Source: an uncultured Rickettsiales bacterium
GTDB taxonomy: Bacteria; Myxococcota_A; UBA796; UBA9615
Assembly: GCA_964344575.1 (NCBI GenBank)
Contig: CAYFOA010000005.1
Coordinates: 15,105 to 79,104, forward strand
Length of the DNA stretch: 64,000 nucleotides
Reading direction: 5' to 3'
A model generated the notes under the pieces. The model made no database searches, was not told the origin of the DNA, and worked only from the letters and a program-made list of their open reading frames with translations. A program made the translations under genes and the position numbers. This document shows positions 46,151-56,200 of the stretch, in pieces. How positions within the stretch are numbered: the stretch's first letter is position 1; each line of letters starts with the position of its first letter.

Positions 46151-47730
46151 GCGCGGACGCGGCGGCGGAGCCCGACGAGCCACCCCGCCGCGAGGAGGAC
46201 CGGCACGCTCGATGACGAGCCGGACGTCTCGCAGGCGCAGCCCTCGCCCGCCAGCTCGCCGCCGCCGGACGCTTGGTCGGTGTCGTCGTCGTCCCCGAGG
46301 TCGTCGTCGTCGGCGTCGTCATCGTCCCCGAAGTCGTCGTCTCCGAGGTCGTCGTCGTCGGTGACGTCGTCGTCGTCGTCGGCGTCGTCGTCGTCGTCGT
46401 CCACGGGGGGACAGCCCGGCAGATCCGGTGAGCCGTCGCCGTCCAGGTCGCCGCACCCCAGGAAGACGAACACGGCCCCCCGGTTGTCGCCGCCGAAGGG
46501 AAAGCCGGGATCACTCGCCACGACGTCGTCGAATCCGTCTCCGTTGACGTCCCCGGACACCATCCTCAGCCCGAGCGATTCCGCCTTCAGTCCGGTCGAC
46601 CAGGTCAGCGCCGCGGAGTCGGGGAGGGCGATGGAGCCCGTTCCGAGGAACACATGCACCTCGTCGGGACCGATCGAGGCGGTCACGAGATCCTGGTGGC
46701 CGTCACCGTTGAGGTCCCCCAGCCGAACGGAGGCCCCGACTTGCTGGCCGCCCTCGCCCTGATGGCTCCACGACGGCTCGTACGAGGGCCCGTCGGGGCC
46801 GCCCCCCCAGGCCCTCACGATGCCGTGGTCCTCACCTACGAAGTCCGGGTTGGTGTGGAGCGGGTTGCCCATCACGATGTCGTCGAACCCGTCGCCGTCG
46901 AGGTCCCCGAGGGCTGCTCCCCAAGCCGTCAAAGGGGGCCCATCCGCCCCGCAGACCGCCCACAGCGGCGTACCCCCCAGCGGTCCGTCGGGCTCAGCGC
47001 CGGCGTATGCGCGCGTGCAGGTTCTGGTGGCCACGAAGTCGTCGAGGCCGTCACCATTCAGGTCCCCTCCTGGCGTGACGAACTCCGTCAGAATCGCGAG
47101 TTCGCCGTCGGACAGCTCGGCGACCGGAGCCTGTTGGAGGCCGACGAGGGCGCCTCCGAGGTACACCTGCGCCGAGCCTCCCGATCTGGAGAGCACCGCG
47201 TCGTCCCATCCGTCGCCGTTGAGATCGCCGGGGCCCGCGACTTCCAAGCCCTGGCCCTCCTGGGAGGCTGCCCAAGACCACTCGCTTTGCAGACCTTCGG
47301 CGCTGCCGAGGTAGAGAACGACCCCCTCGAGCGCACCGGTTCCGGGGGCGCCGATCAACAGGTCGTCGAACCCGTCGTCGTTGGGATCGCCGACTGAGGC
47401 CAGGGACGCGCTGAACATGGCGTTGGCCGAGCCGCCGGTGGCCTCCCATCCGGCGGCAAGGGGCAGCTCGTCGGCACCGTAGAAGACGAGGACGCGCCCC
47501 TCGACGACCAATCCATTGCCTTGCCAGTGGTGCGTGCCGATCGCCCAGTCGTCGAACCCGTCGCCGTCGAAGTCGCCGATCGCCAACTCGGACCCGAGCT
47601 GTTCGTCCGCGTCGTCGCCTTCGAGATACCAGTCTTGGCCGTTCAAGGTCCCCGCGGACACGGTCGGAGAGAGACGATGGTGAGGATCGCTGCCGCCGAG
47701 GTCGGGACGAGGGGGAGACACTCCACGCAC
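46129..47730 (-). CDS. FG-GAP repeat protein with a poly-Asp tract and a MYXO-CTERM-like sorting tail. The N-terminus is unresolved.
   Basis: FG-GAP repeats (GDFDGDGFDD, GDLNGDGWDD...), a poly-Asp linker and a C-terminal GEGCACETSG...VPVLLAAGWLVGLRRR. No signal peptide is found in the body frame. An ATG overlapping the upstream stop (ATGA) at 47807 opens a different frame that stops after 54 codons. Confidence 0.5.
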   Translation of the reverse strand: MRGVSPPRPDLGGSDPHHRLSPTVSAGTLNGQDWYLEGDDADEQLGSELAIGDFDGDGFDDWAIGTHHWQGNGLVVEGRVLVFYGADELPLAAGWEATGGSANAMFSASLASVGDPNDDGFDDLLIGAPGTGALEGVVLYLGSAEGLQSEWSWAASQEGQGLEVAGPGDLNGDGWDDAVLSRSGGSAQVYLGGALVGLQQAPVAELSDGELAILTEFVTPGGDLNGDGLDDFVATRTCTRAYAGAEPDGPLGGTPLWAVCGADGPPLTAWGAALGDLDGDGFDDIVMGNPLHTNPDFVGEDHGIVRAWGGGPDGPSYEPSWSHQGEGGQQVGASVRLGDLNGDGHQDLVTASIGPDEVHVFLGTGSIALPDSAALTWSTGLKAESLGLRMVSGDVNGDGFDDVVASDPGFPFGGDNRGAVFVFLGCGDLDGDGSPDLPGCPPVDDDDDDADDDDDVTDDDDLGDDDFGDDDDADDDDLGDDDDTDQASGGGELAGEGCACETSGSSSSVPVLLAAGWLVGLRRRVRAQGAARS

Positions 47731-47803
47731 GCCGACAACGCGCGACCCCTCCCAACAGCCCGGCTGTCGCGGCTGCTGTCCATCCGGCGCTCCACCCGCT
47801 GGG

Positions 47804-49515
47804 TCATGTCCGCTCTGACGCTCTGTCGCGTTGCCGGCGGAGACAGAGCAGGGGAAGGAGCACCACCGGGAACGCGACGGCTCCGTCACCGCCGCAGGTG
47901 CAGCCGCCGCCGCTGGCCCCGTCGACGACCCCGTCGCAATCGTCGTCGAGACCATTCTCGATCTCCTCTGCTCCGGGGTAGATGGCCGAGGATTGGTCGT
48001 TGCAGTCGACGGACGCGTCGTAGCCGTCTCCGTCGCAATCGGTGCAGTCGTCATCGTCGTCCGTGCCGTCGTCGTCATCCGTGGCGTCGTCGTCGTCCGT
48101 GGCGTCGTCGTCGTCCGTGGCGTCGTCGTCGTCCGCCGCATCGTCGTCGTCTGCCGTGTCGTCGTCGTCTCCAGAGGCCGGCTCGCAGTCGGTCGAGTCC
48201 GGGACTCCGTCGCCATCGTCATCGGCGCAGGCGAACCAGAGGAAGACCGCCCCGGCGTCCTCGGCGACGGCGTCGTGCCTGGGCGCCCCGACGGCGAGGT
48301 CGGCGAAGCCGTCGCCGTTGACGTCGCTGACGATGGAGACCGCGTCGCCGAATCGCGCCGAGTCGGACCCCTCCGTGTCGGCCCAGGCGTCTGTCGCCGA
48401 CGGGCCCGAGGGAGACCCCAGGACGAGGAAGGCCCGCCCATGGTTGTCGGTGGGTGCGGACATCGACGGATCGCCGACGAGGATGTCCGCGTAGCCGTCG
48501 CCGTTCACGTCCGCGACCGACACGGCGAAACCGAAGTCGTCGGAGCCCACGCCGCCGGCGATCACGGCGTCCGCGGCCTGCGACGGTCCCGCGGTCGAGC
48601 CGTAGTGGACGTAGACCGCGCCCTGGGCATCGGGCGGATCGACGTAGTCCGGTGCGCCGATCACCACGTCGCTGTACCCGTCACCGTTGACGTCCCCCCC
48701 GTCCACGCTCAGGCCGAACGTCCACTGGGGTGCCGGGCCCTCGATCGTGGCGACGGGCTCCGACTCGAGGCCGGAGGCCGAGCCCAGGTAGACCTCCACC
48801 TTGCCCTGGTTCTCGACCACGCCATCCCAGTTCGGCGCGCCGTAGGCGACGTCGTCGTAGCCGTCGCCGTTCACGTCTCCGAGTCCGGCCAGGCTGTAGG
48901 GGATCTGGGCCAACTCCTGGTCACCCACGACGATCCAGCCGGGGAGGAGGCTCAGGGTGGTCGCCGGGTCACCATGGAACAGGTAGACCCGCCCCTCCTG
49001 TTCGTAGTCACCCGTGTAGGTGCGGGCGCCTACGAGGACGTCGTCGTAGCCGTCGCCGTCGACGTCGCCGGCGCCGGCTACGACGAGTCCGAACTGCTCC
49101 TCGTCCGACTGGCCGTCGAAGGCCCACGCGGCCGGGTCGACGAGTCCGTCTGTGCTGCCGCGGTAGAGGAAGGCTTCTCCGTCGTCGTCGTTCGCAGTGC
49201 GGGCTCCTACGAGCAGATCGTCGAACCCGTCCCCATCGACGTCCCCCGCACCATCGAGCGAATACCCGAAGAGGCCGTTGGAGTACTGCTCCCAGTCCGG
49301 CTCCTCCGCCGGTCCCGTCGTCGAACCCAGGAACAGCCGGGCCGGCCCGCGTCCGCTACGGGTTGACCTACCTCCCGACTTTCGTGCGGGCCCTCGAAGG
49401 ACCAGTCCGGGGTCGAACCCGCGACGGCCAGGGCTGCGGTCTCCAAGCTGGTCTCGGTGCAGGAGATCGTCCCAAGCGCGGCCACGAGCACCACTGGAAT
49501 CGAGATTCGGCTCAT
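47804..49515 (-). CDS. FG-GAP repeat lipoprotein with a poly-Asp tract and MYXO-CTERM tail. There is an apparent frameshift between the signal peptide and the body (possible pseudogene or sequence error).
   Basis: Signal-peptide ORF 49207..49515 (MSRISIPVVLVAALGTISC...) is in one frame. The FG-GAP body (DGAGDVDGDGFDD ... GGGCTCGGDGAVAFPVVLLPLLCLRRQ) is in another frame from about 49366 down to the stop at 47804. Confidence 0.5.
48062..48169 (-). repeat. Six tandem copies of an 18-bp GTC-rich unit (cgtggcgtcgtcgtcgtc) encoding a (T/A)DDDDA linker
   Basis: Three perfect units and three variant units read directly from the sequence. A similar but less regular GTC tract lies at about 46270..46410 in the neighbouring paralog. 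Confidence 0.55.
49292..49410 (-). repeat. Imperfect ~92-nt direct duplication flanked by 9-nt repeats (CCGGACTGG and GGGTTCGAC), enclosing a GC-rich hairpin (49344..49392), at the frame junction of the FG-GAP gene
   Basis: Two copies of the GST..PDW coding segment lie 110 nt apart, which is not a multiple of 3. The stem ggcccgc/gcgggcc encloses a 33-nt loop. Confidence 0.45.
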
Positions 49516-49559
49516 CTCGCCCTCCCTCTCGCGAGCCTACCCCCGCCGCCGCGTCGGAG

Positions 49560-49636
49560 GAATTCGACAATCTCACTTCTGTCGAAGTAAATCGACATAG
49601 TGTCTTTTGTCGAATACCATCGACAAGATGTCGACG
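49560..49636 (+). promoter_or_regulatory. Three TCGACA/TGTCGA inverted-repeat sites (two with 10-nt spacers) in a locally AT-rich promoter/5' region of the AAA ATPase gene
   Basis: TTCGACA-N10-TGTCGAA at 49563..49586, TCGACA-N10-TGTCGA at 49592..49613, and TCGACA-N3-TGTCGA at 49620..49634. Confidence 0.4.
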
Positions 49637-50800
49637 CCCCTCCTCGATGTGGTCCGCGACTGGAGCTGGTGGGACCGGCCGCGGCGGGCCACTGTGCCCC
49701 GGGGCGTCGAGCTCCCCGCGGCGCTGAGCGAGACGCTCTGCCTCGTCGTTCAGGGCGTGCGCCGGTGTGGAAAGTCGACGTTGCTGGGACAGCTCGTGGA
49801 CCGCTACGGGCTCGATCCCCTGCGCTGCGCGTTCCTCAACTTCGAGGACCCGCGCCTCGTCGCGCGGCTCGATTGGACGGTGCTGGACGAGCTCGTGACC
49901 GCGTTCCGCGCGCGCCACGACGACGACCAGCCGCTCTACTTCTTCCTCGACGAGATCCAGCATGTCGACGGGTGGCAGCGGTGGCTGCGCGCCCAGCTCG
50001 ACCGCCCGCGTGGCCATGTCTTCACGATCACGGGCTCGAACGCCCACCTGCTGAGCGGGGAGCTGTCCACGTCCCTGACGGGCCGCCACCTGGTGGTCGA
50101 GCTGTTCCCCTTCGATCTGGACGAGCTCCGGACCGCGGATCCGGCCGCCGATCTCGCCGCCTACCTGGCCCACGGCGGATTCCCCGAGCCGGTGGGGAGC
50201 CCCGACCGCGACCGCCTCCTGAGGCAGTACTTCGCGGACATCGTCGAGCGCGATGTCCGGGAGCGCGCCGGCGCCCGCTCGGCGCTGCCGGTCCGGCAGG
50301 TCGTGCAGATGGTGTTCGAGGCGGCCGGCTCCGAGCTGAGCCTCCGTCGCGTGGCGGCGGCGACGGGCCTCGCGATCGAGACGGCGGGCGCCTACCTCGC
50401 CGCGGCGGAGTCGGCGTACGTCGTCCTGAGCTGCCCCTACTTCGCCTTCTCCGAGCGCCGCCGGGCGAGCCGCAACAAGAAGTACTACCCGGTCGACACG
50501 GGGCTGCGCCGCGTCTGCGTCACCCGGACGGGCGAGGACCGGGGCAAGTCCCTGGAGTGCGCCACCCACCTCGCGCTGCGCCGCCGCTTCGGCCCGGTGT
50601 TCTACTGGCGCGAGCGCGGCGAAGTGGACTTCGTCGTGCACCACGAGGGCCGCATCATCCCCGTCCAGGTGTGCTCGGACGGCCCCCAGGAGCGGCACCA
50701 CCGGGCGATCGAGTCCTTCTACGAGCGCTTCCCACAGGCCGAGGAGACGGTCTGGGTCAGCTTCGAGACGTTCGAAGAGGAGCTGGCGAGGCTGGACTGA
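49607..50800 (+). CDS. AAA-family ATPase with a C-terminal DUF4143-like domain (COG1373-type)
   Basis: Walker A GVRRCGKST and Walker B YFFLDEIQ. The more likely start is the second ATG at 49628 (MSTPLLDVV), downstream of the palindromes. Confidence 0.75.
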   Translation: MSNTIDKMSTPLLDVVRDWSWWDRPRRATVPRGVELPAALSETLCLVVQGVRRCGKSTLLGQLVDRYGLDPLRCAFLNFEDPRLVARLDWTVLDELVTAFRARHDDDQPLYFFLDEIQHVDGWQRWLRAQLDRPRGHVFTITGSNAHLLSGELSTSLTGRHLVVELFPFDLDELRTADPAADLAAYLAHGGFPEPVGSPDRDRLLRQYFADIVERDVRERAGARSALPVRQVVQMVFEAAGSELSLRRVAAATGLAIETAGAYLAAAESAYVVLSCPYFAFSERRRASRNKKYYPVDTGLRRVCVTRTGEDRGKSLECATHLALRRRFGPVFYWRERGEVDFVVHHEGRIIPVQVCSDGPQERHHRAIESFYERFPQAEETVWVSFETFEEELARLD

Positions 50801-50809
50801 CGCCGCCCC

Positions 50810-52351
50810 CTAGGTGTCGTACCACTCCGGCTTCACGAGGTTCGTGAACGTCTCGTGCTGCTTGATGGGGTTGATGCGCTGCTTGACCGCGTCGAACGTC
50901 ACCCCGAGCGCCACCTTGAGCCACCACTGGTACATCTGGCGCTTGTACTTCTCGGGGCTGAGCAGCCCCTTCATCAGCCACTTCGGGTTCACGAACTTGC
51001 GGTTGATGTCGTACAGCGCGCGGGAGATCTCGTCCCGCGTCATGTAGTCGCTCTCCATCATCGGAGTCATCCAGTCGAACTCCGTGAAGTCGTCCAGCGT
51101 GATCCAGCCGTTCTCCATCGCCTCGTCGAAGAGCGGCGTCCCCGGCACCGGGGTGATGGGGTGGAACGCGGGGTAGTCGACGTTCAGCTCCTTGGCCAGC
51201 TCCGCCTGGCGGAACATCGACTCCCGGGTCTCGTACTTCGTGCCGACGATGAACGTCGCCTGCTTGAAGATCTGGGGGTACTTGTCGAGGATGCGGAACG
51301 TCTCCCGCAGCTGGTCGTTGTTGTAGAAGCCCTTGTTGAAGTCCTTGAGGCGCTCGTCCTCGGCCCGCTCCACCCCGATGCAGAGGTGCCGCAGCCCCGC
51401 GGCGACCAGCTTCTCCATGATCCCGCGCTTCTCGTCGCGGATGATGCAGTCGCTCCGCATGAACGCGAACCAGTCGATGTCCATGCCGGAGCGGATGATC
51501 TCCTCGGCGAACTGGTCGTTCCAGCGGGCGTCGATGTTCCAGGACTCGTCGACCCACACGAACGACCGCTTGCCGTGCTTGTAGTAGAGCTCGTGGATCT
51601 CGGCGATCGTCGAGTCCACCGACTTCGTCCGCCACCGCGGGCGGAGGCTGATGTAGCCGTCCTCGTCCTCGTCCCGGTGGGCCATCTGCGTCCACCACAC
51701 GCAGAAGCTGCACGACGCCGTGCAGCCGCGGCTGTGGTGGATGGTCGCGCCGCCGGGGCTGAAGCTCAGCGACGACGTGCCGTACAGCTCCATCGGTACG
51801 AGGTCGTAGGCCGGCATGGGGAGCTCGTCGAGGTCCTCGATGAGGTGCCGCGCCCGCGTCTTGATGAACTGCTTGTCGTCGCCCTCGCCCTCGACGTAGA
51901 CGATGCCCGCGACCGAGCTGTAGTCGGGCTTCGCCTTGCCGATCTCCTCGACCAGCGCCCGCAGCGTGTACTCGCCCTCCGCGCAGACGCAGAAGTCGAT
52001 GGGGTTCTCGCCCATGTACTTGTTGAAGAGGTTCGTGAAGTGCGCCCCGCCGACGACGCGCTTGGCGCGGGGGATGACGTCTGCGGCCATGTTGATGACG
52101 CGCATCGCCTCGTGGGCGTACAGGGCGTGGTTCTCGCCGACGCAGAGGACGTCGGGGTCCCGCTCGCGCATCGCGTTCTCGAGGGAGCGCCAGCCCATCT
52201 TCAGGGGCATGCAGTCGTAGACGGAGACGTCGTGGCCGGCCTCCCGGAGGACCGCCGAGAGGTACACCAGCGACTGCGGCACGAGGTAGTTGTCGCCCTC
52301 GCTGACGAACGGCCAGTAGTACCGCGGGCTGAAGACGAACATGACCTTCAT
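50810..52351 (-). CDS. B12-binding radical SAM protein
   Basis: N-terminal cobalamin-binding-like domain (MKVMFVFSPRYYW...), a CTASCSFC radical SAM cluster and a C-terminal extension. GC is lower than its surroundings. Confidence 0.8.
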   Translation of the reverse strand: MKVMFVFSPRYYWPFVSEGDNYLVPQSLVYLSAVLREAGHDVSVYDCMPLKMGWRSLENAMRERDPDVLCVGENHALYAHEAMRVINMAADVIPRAKRVVGGAHFTNLFNKYMGENPIDFCVCAEGEYTLRALVEEIGKAKPDYSSVAGIVYVEGEGDDKQFIKTRARHLIEDLDELPMPAYDLVPMELYGTSSLSFSPGGATIHHSRGCTASCSFCVWWTQMAHRDEDEDGYISLRPRWRTKSVDSTIAEIHELYYKHGKRSFVWVDESWNIDARWNDQFAEEIIRSGMDIDWFAFMRSDCIIRDEKRGIMEKLVAAGLRHLCIGVERAEDERLKDFNKGFYNNDQLRETFRILDKYPQIFKQATFIVGTKYETRESMFRQAELAKELNVDYPAFHPITPVPGTPLFDEAMENGWITLDDFTEFDWMTPMMESDYMTRDEISRALYDINRKFVNPKWLMKGLLSPEKYKRQMYQWWLKVALGVTFDAVKQRINPIKQHETFTNLVKPEWYDT

Positions 52352-52358
52352 CGTTCGC

Positions 52359-53177
52359 TCATCCCTCCTTGCGGCCCACGGCGAGGTGGGCGCGCGGCAG
52401 CGGCGCGAGGTCGGGGTCGTCCCCGAGCCGGCGCTCCAGGTCCAGCAGGGCATCGGCGTAGTCGGCGTCCGGCAGGCGGTCCGGATCGACGCACCCCATC
52501 AAGGGTCCGTCGAGCACCCGGAACAACCCCCTCGATCGCACGACGTCCAGCCCGGCGCCGAGCAGTATAGCCGCCAGTTCGCCGGCCGCGAGGAGCCTGA
52601 CCCAGCGGTCCCCGGGGACCTCGATGATGCGGCGACGTACGGCGTTCTCGACCTGTTCTGGGGACAGCCCCGAGGGGTCCGCGAGGAGGCCGCCGGGCCA
52701 GGCCTCGACCGACGCGATCAGGTGCCCGCCGGGTGCGAGCGTCGCGGCGAGGCGCTTCGCCGTGGCGGCCGCGTCGTCGAGGTAGCAGAGGAGCTCCATG
52801 GCGAGGACGAGGTCGTAGCCTCCGCCGAGGTCGGCGACGTCGACGTCCCCCTCCCGGAGCTCCACCCGGTCGCCCACCCCGGCGGCGGCGACGTGCCGGC
52901 GGGCGGCGTCGAGGGACGGCGCGCAGGCGTCGATGGCGACGACGTGGTGCCCGGCCCGCGCCAGGGGCACCGCCCACCGCCCGATCCCGCAGGCCGCGTC
53001 GAGCACCCGGAGCGGCCGGTCGGCCTCCAGCAGGTCCCCGATCGCGTCCCCATACAGCCGCGTCTGCAGCGCCTTGAACGCCCGTCCAGGGGACTCCGGA
53101 TCGAGGAAGTCCATCCACTCGGGGTACTCGGCCCAGCCCTTGTGCAGGCCGGCGAGGTTCCAGGCGACCGCGCTCAC
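52359..53177 (-). CDS. Class I SAM-dependent methyltransferase
   Basis: Motif I VLDAACGIGRWA plus acidic post-I and motif II residues. 272 aa. Confidence 0.75.
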   Translation of the reverse strand: MSAVAWNLAGLHKGWAEYPEWMDFLDPESPGRAFKALQTRLYGDAIGDLLEADRPLRVLDAACGIGRWAVPLARAGHHVVAIDACAPSLDAARRHVAAAGVGDRVELREGDVDVADLGGGYDLVLAMELLCYLDDAAATAKRLAATLAPGGHLIASVEAWPGGLLADPSGLSPEQVENAVRRRIIEVPGDRWVRLLAAGELAAILLGAGLDVVRSRGLFRVLDGPLMGCVDPDRLPDADYADALLDLERRLGDDPDLAPLPRAHLAVGRKEG

Positions 53178-53211
53178 GCCGCCACTGTAGACGCAGACGG
53201 GCGGGCTCGGC

Positions 53212-56200
53212 TCAGGGCAGGGGGTTGACGAAGACGTTGACCCCGTCGACCCCGGAGGTGCTCAGCCCGCTGCACGTACCCGCCGTCGTGGCGACCAGGT
53301 CGAGCCGGCCGTCGCCGTCGAGGTCCGCCGCGCCCACCTCCCAGCCGGCCGTCGCCCACGCGTCCGTCGCCTCGAAGGACCAGCCGTCGCCGATCGCGCT
53401 GAGGCCGCCGCCGCCCGCGTAGTACGCGACGATCTCGGCGCCGGGGAGGACGAACGCCTTGCCGATCGGGCCGCACGACCGGGCGAACCCGTGGAGCAGG
53501 TCGGGGACGCCGTCCCCGTCGACGTCGGCCGCCCGCGGCTGGCGGTAGGGGATGGGGACGCCCTCGTACTGGATGTCCGCGCCGGCCCCGAAGATCACCA
53601 CCGGGTTGGCGACGAGGTAGGCGCCGGAGTGGAGCTGCATCGAGGTGCTGCTCCTCCCCCCGAGGAGCACTTCGTCGTGGCCGTCGCCGTTCCAGTCGGG
53701 CAGGCCGCCGACGACCCAGCCGGCCTGGGCCCCGCCCGCTCCCGTGACCTGGACGTCGGACGCGGAGGCGGCGAGGCCTCCGTTCGCCGCCATGGTGGCG
53801 TCGAAGACGATGAACGCGTCGCCGTCCGCGAACTCGGGGAAGGTGGTCCCCGGGGCGCCCGCGACGAGGTCTGTGAGCCCGCTCCCGTCGACGTCCGCGC
53901 CGGAGAGCGCGCCGGTCCACGCCCCGCTCCGCGAGCCGGCGCCGAGGAAGCCGTCGGCGTCCTCGCCCCACAGCGCGAACCAGGCGTCCGCCTCGTCCAG
54001 CGCGCCGCCGGCGAGCAGGTCCGTGCCGTCGAAGACGAACGCGCTGCCCCCGTTGGCGGCCAGGGGGGAGTGCGGTCCGCCGAGGGCGAGGTCGGGCAGG
54101 CCGTCGCCGGTCGCGTCGGGGAGGGCGGCGACCGACCGGAACCCGTCGCCCCCCGCGGTGTGGACGATCGAGACCGCCGCCGGCAGGCCCGCGGGATCGG
54201 TGACGACGTCGACCCCGAACACGATCGTGGCGTCGCCCCCGACGAACGCGAGGTCGTCGCGGCCGTCGCCGTCGAGGTCGCCGAGCGCGACGGCCGCCGT
54301 CTCCTCCACCGCCAGCACGGCGTCGGCGGCGAAGTGCTCCCCCAGGTCGAGCGGTCCGAACCAGACCTCGCCGTCGATCACCACGTCGTCGAAGCCGTCC
54401 CCGTTGACGTCCGCGCCGGCGACGAGCGACTGGCCCCACACGCCGCTCCCGGGGAAGCGGAGCGTCGCCGCGGTGACGACGAACGCGTCGCCGCCGTCGC
54501 AGTTCGCGTCGACCCCGTCCGTCCGTCCCGCCGCCGTGGCGTCGTCCCACGAGCCGGGGAAGATCGCGGGGTCGAGGTCGTCGCAGTCCCCCTGGCAGGG
54601 GAACCAGCCGTCGCCGTCGCCGTCGGCGTCGACGCCGTCGTCCACGACGCCGTCGCAGTCGTTGTCGACGAGGTCGCACAGCTCCGGCTCGCCGGGCGAC
54701 GTGGAGTCGACCGCGTCGTCGCAGTCGCCGCCCCCCAGCACCTCCGGGGCGGTCCCCGACCACGGCTCGCACTCCACCCAGCCGTCCGCATCGTCGTCCT
54801 CCTCGTCCCCGGGGACCACACCGTCGCAGTCCTCGTCGAGGCCGTCGCACACCTCGACCGCGCCGGGGTGGAAGGCGGCGTCGAGGTCGTCGCAGTCGGC
54901 GCACGCGATGTAGCCGTCGCCGTCGCCGTCCGCCTCGTCGGCGGGGACGACGCCGTCGCAGTCGGAGTCGACGCCGTCGCAGGCCTCGCCCCCGCCGGGG
55001 AGCACGGCCGGGTTGAAGTCGGAGCAGTCTCCCTCGCACGGCGAGACCCCGTCGGCGTCGAGGTCGGCGGTGTTCAGGAGCGGGTCGCCGTCGTCGCAGT
55101 CGCCGGCGCAGGAGGTCTCGCCGTCGCCGTCGGCGTCGAGGGAGGTCAGGGCGGGGTCGGTGTCGTCGCAGTCGGAGCAGGCGGGGTCGCCGTCGCCGTC
55201 GTCGTCCGCCTCGTCGGGGGGGAGCGTCCCGTCGCAGTCGGTGTCGAGGCCGTCGCACAGCTCGGCGGGGGCGGCGGGGGAGGCGCCGGGGTCGTCGTCG
55301 GCGCAGTCGCCGTCGCACACCCGGTACCCGTCGCCGTCGGCGTCGTCGCAGTCGCCCGCGGGGCCGCAGGCGGGGGCCTCGTCGTCGCAGTCCTCGAACT
55401 CCTGGGCGAGGCCGTCGCCGTCGGCGTCGACGCCGTCGGTCCCGTCGCAGTTCTGGTCGACCCCGTCGGCGTACCCGTCGGCGGCGGCGGGGTAGGCGGC
55501 CGCGTCGAGATCGTCGCAGTCCGGGCTGCACGGACCGTCGCCGGGGCAGGCCGCGCCGCAGGTGTCGTAGCCATCGCCGTCCACGTCCCGGGAGTCGACG
55601 CCATCGTCGCTGTCGTCGCAGTCCGAGCAGGCGAAGTCCCCGTCGGCGTCGGCGTCCTCCTCGCCGCCGGCGGCCGCGGTGGCGGGGTCGCAGTCGTCGT
55701 CGGCGCCGTTGCACAGCTCGGGGGCGTCGGGCGCGGCATCGGCGCGGGCGTCGTCGCAGTCGCCGTCGCAGATCCGCCACCCGTCGCCGTCCGCGTCGGC
55801 CTCGTCGGCGGGGGTCTCGGCATTGCAGTCGTTGTCGAGGCCGTCGCAGATCTCGTCGTGCCCGGGGTGCCGCGTGGGCTCGGCGTCGTCGCAGTCGAGG
55901 TCGCACACCCGGTAGTCGTCCCCGTCCGCGTCGGCGCAGTCGCCGGGGGCGAAGCAGCCCGAGTGGGCGTCGTCGCAGTCCGAGCCGCCGCACAGGGGGT
56001 GGTCGTTGAGGACGCCGTCGCCGTCCACGTCGCAGCGGACGTCGCCGCCGGCGCAGTCGTTGTCGATCCCGTCGTCGGCGACCTCCTCGGCGTCGGGGTG
56101 GGTGGCGGCGTCGTCATCCCGACAGTCCTCGCCGCCGGACGCCTCCGAGGCGAAGGTGTCGCCGTCGGCGTCGACGCCGTCGGCTCCGTCGCAGTTCTGG

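Noticed and set aside
49330-49410. tRNA-like GGTTCGAC T-loop motif and a hairpin near 49344..49410
   Set aside because: The 7-bp stem encloses only 33 nt with no D-arm or anticodon-arm geometry. This is far too short for a tRNA, so it is more likely a coding-sequence duplication with a hairpin.
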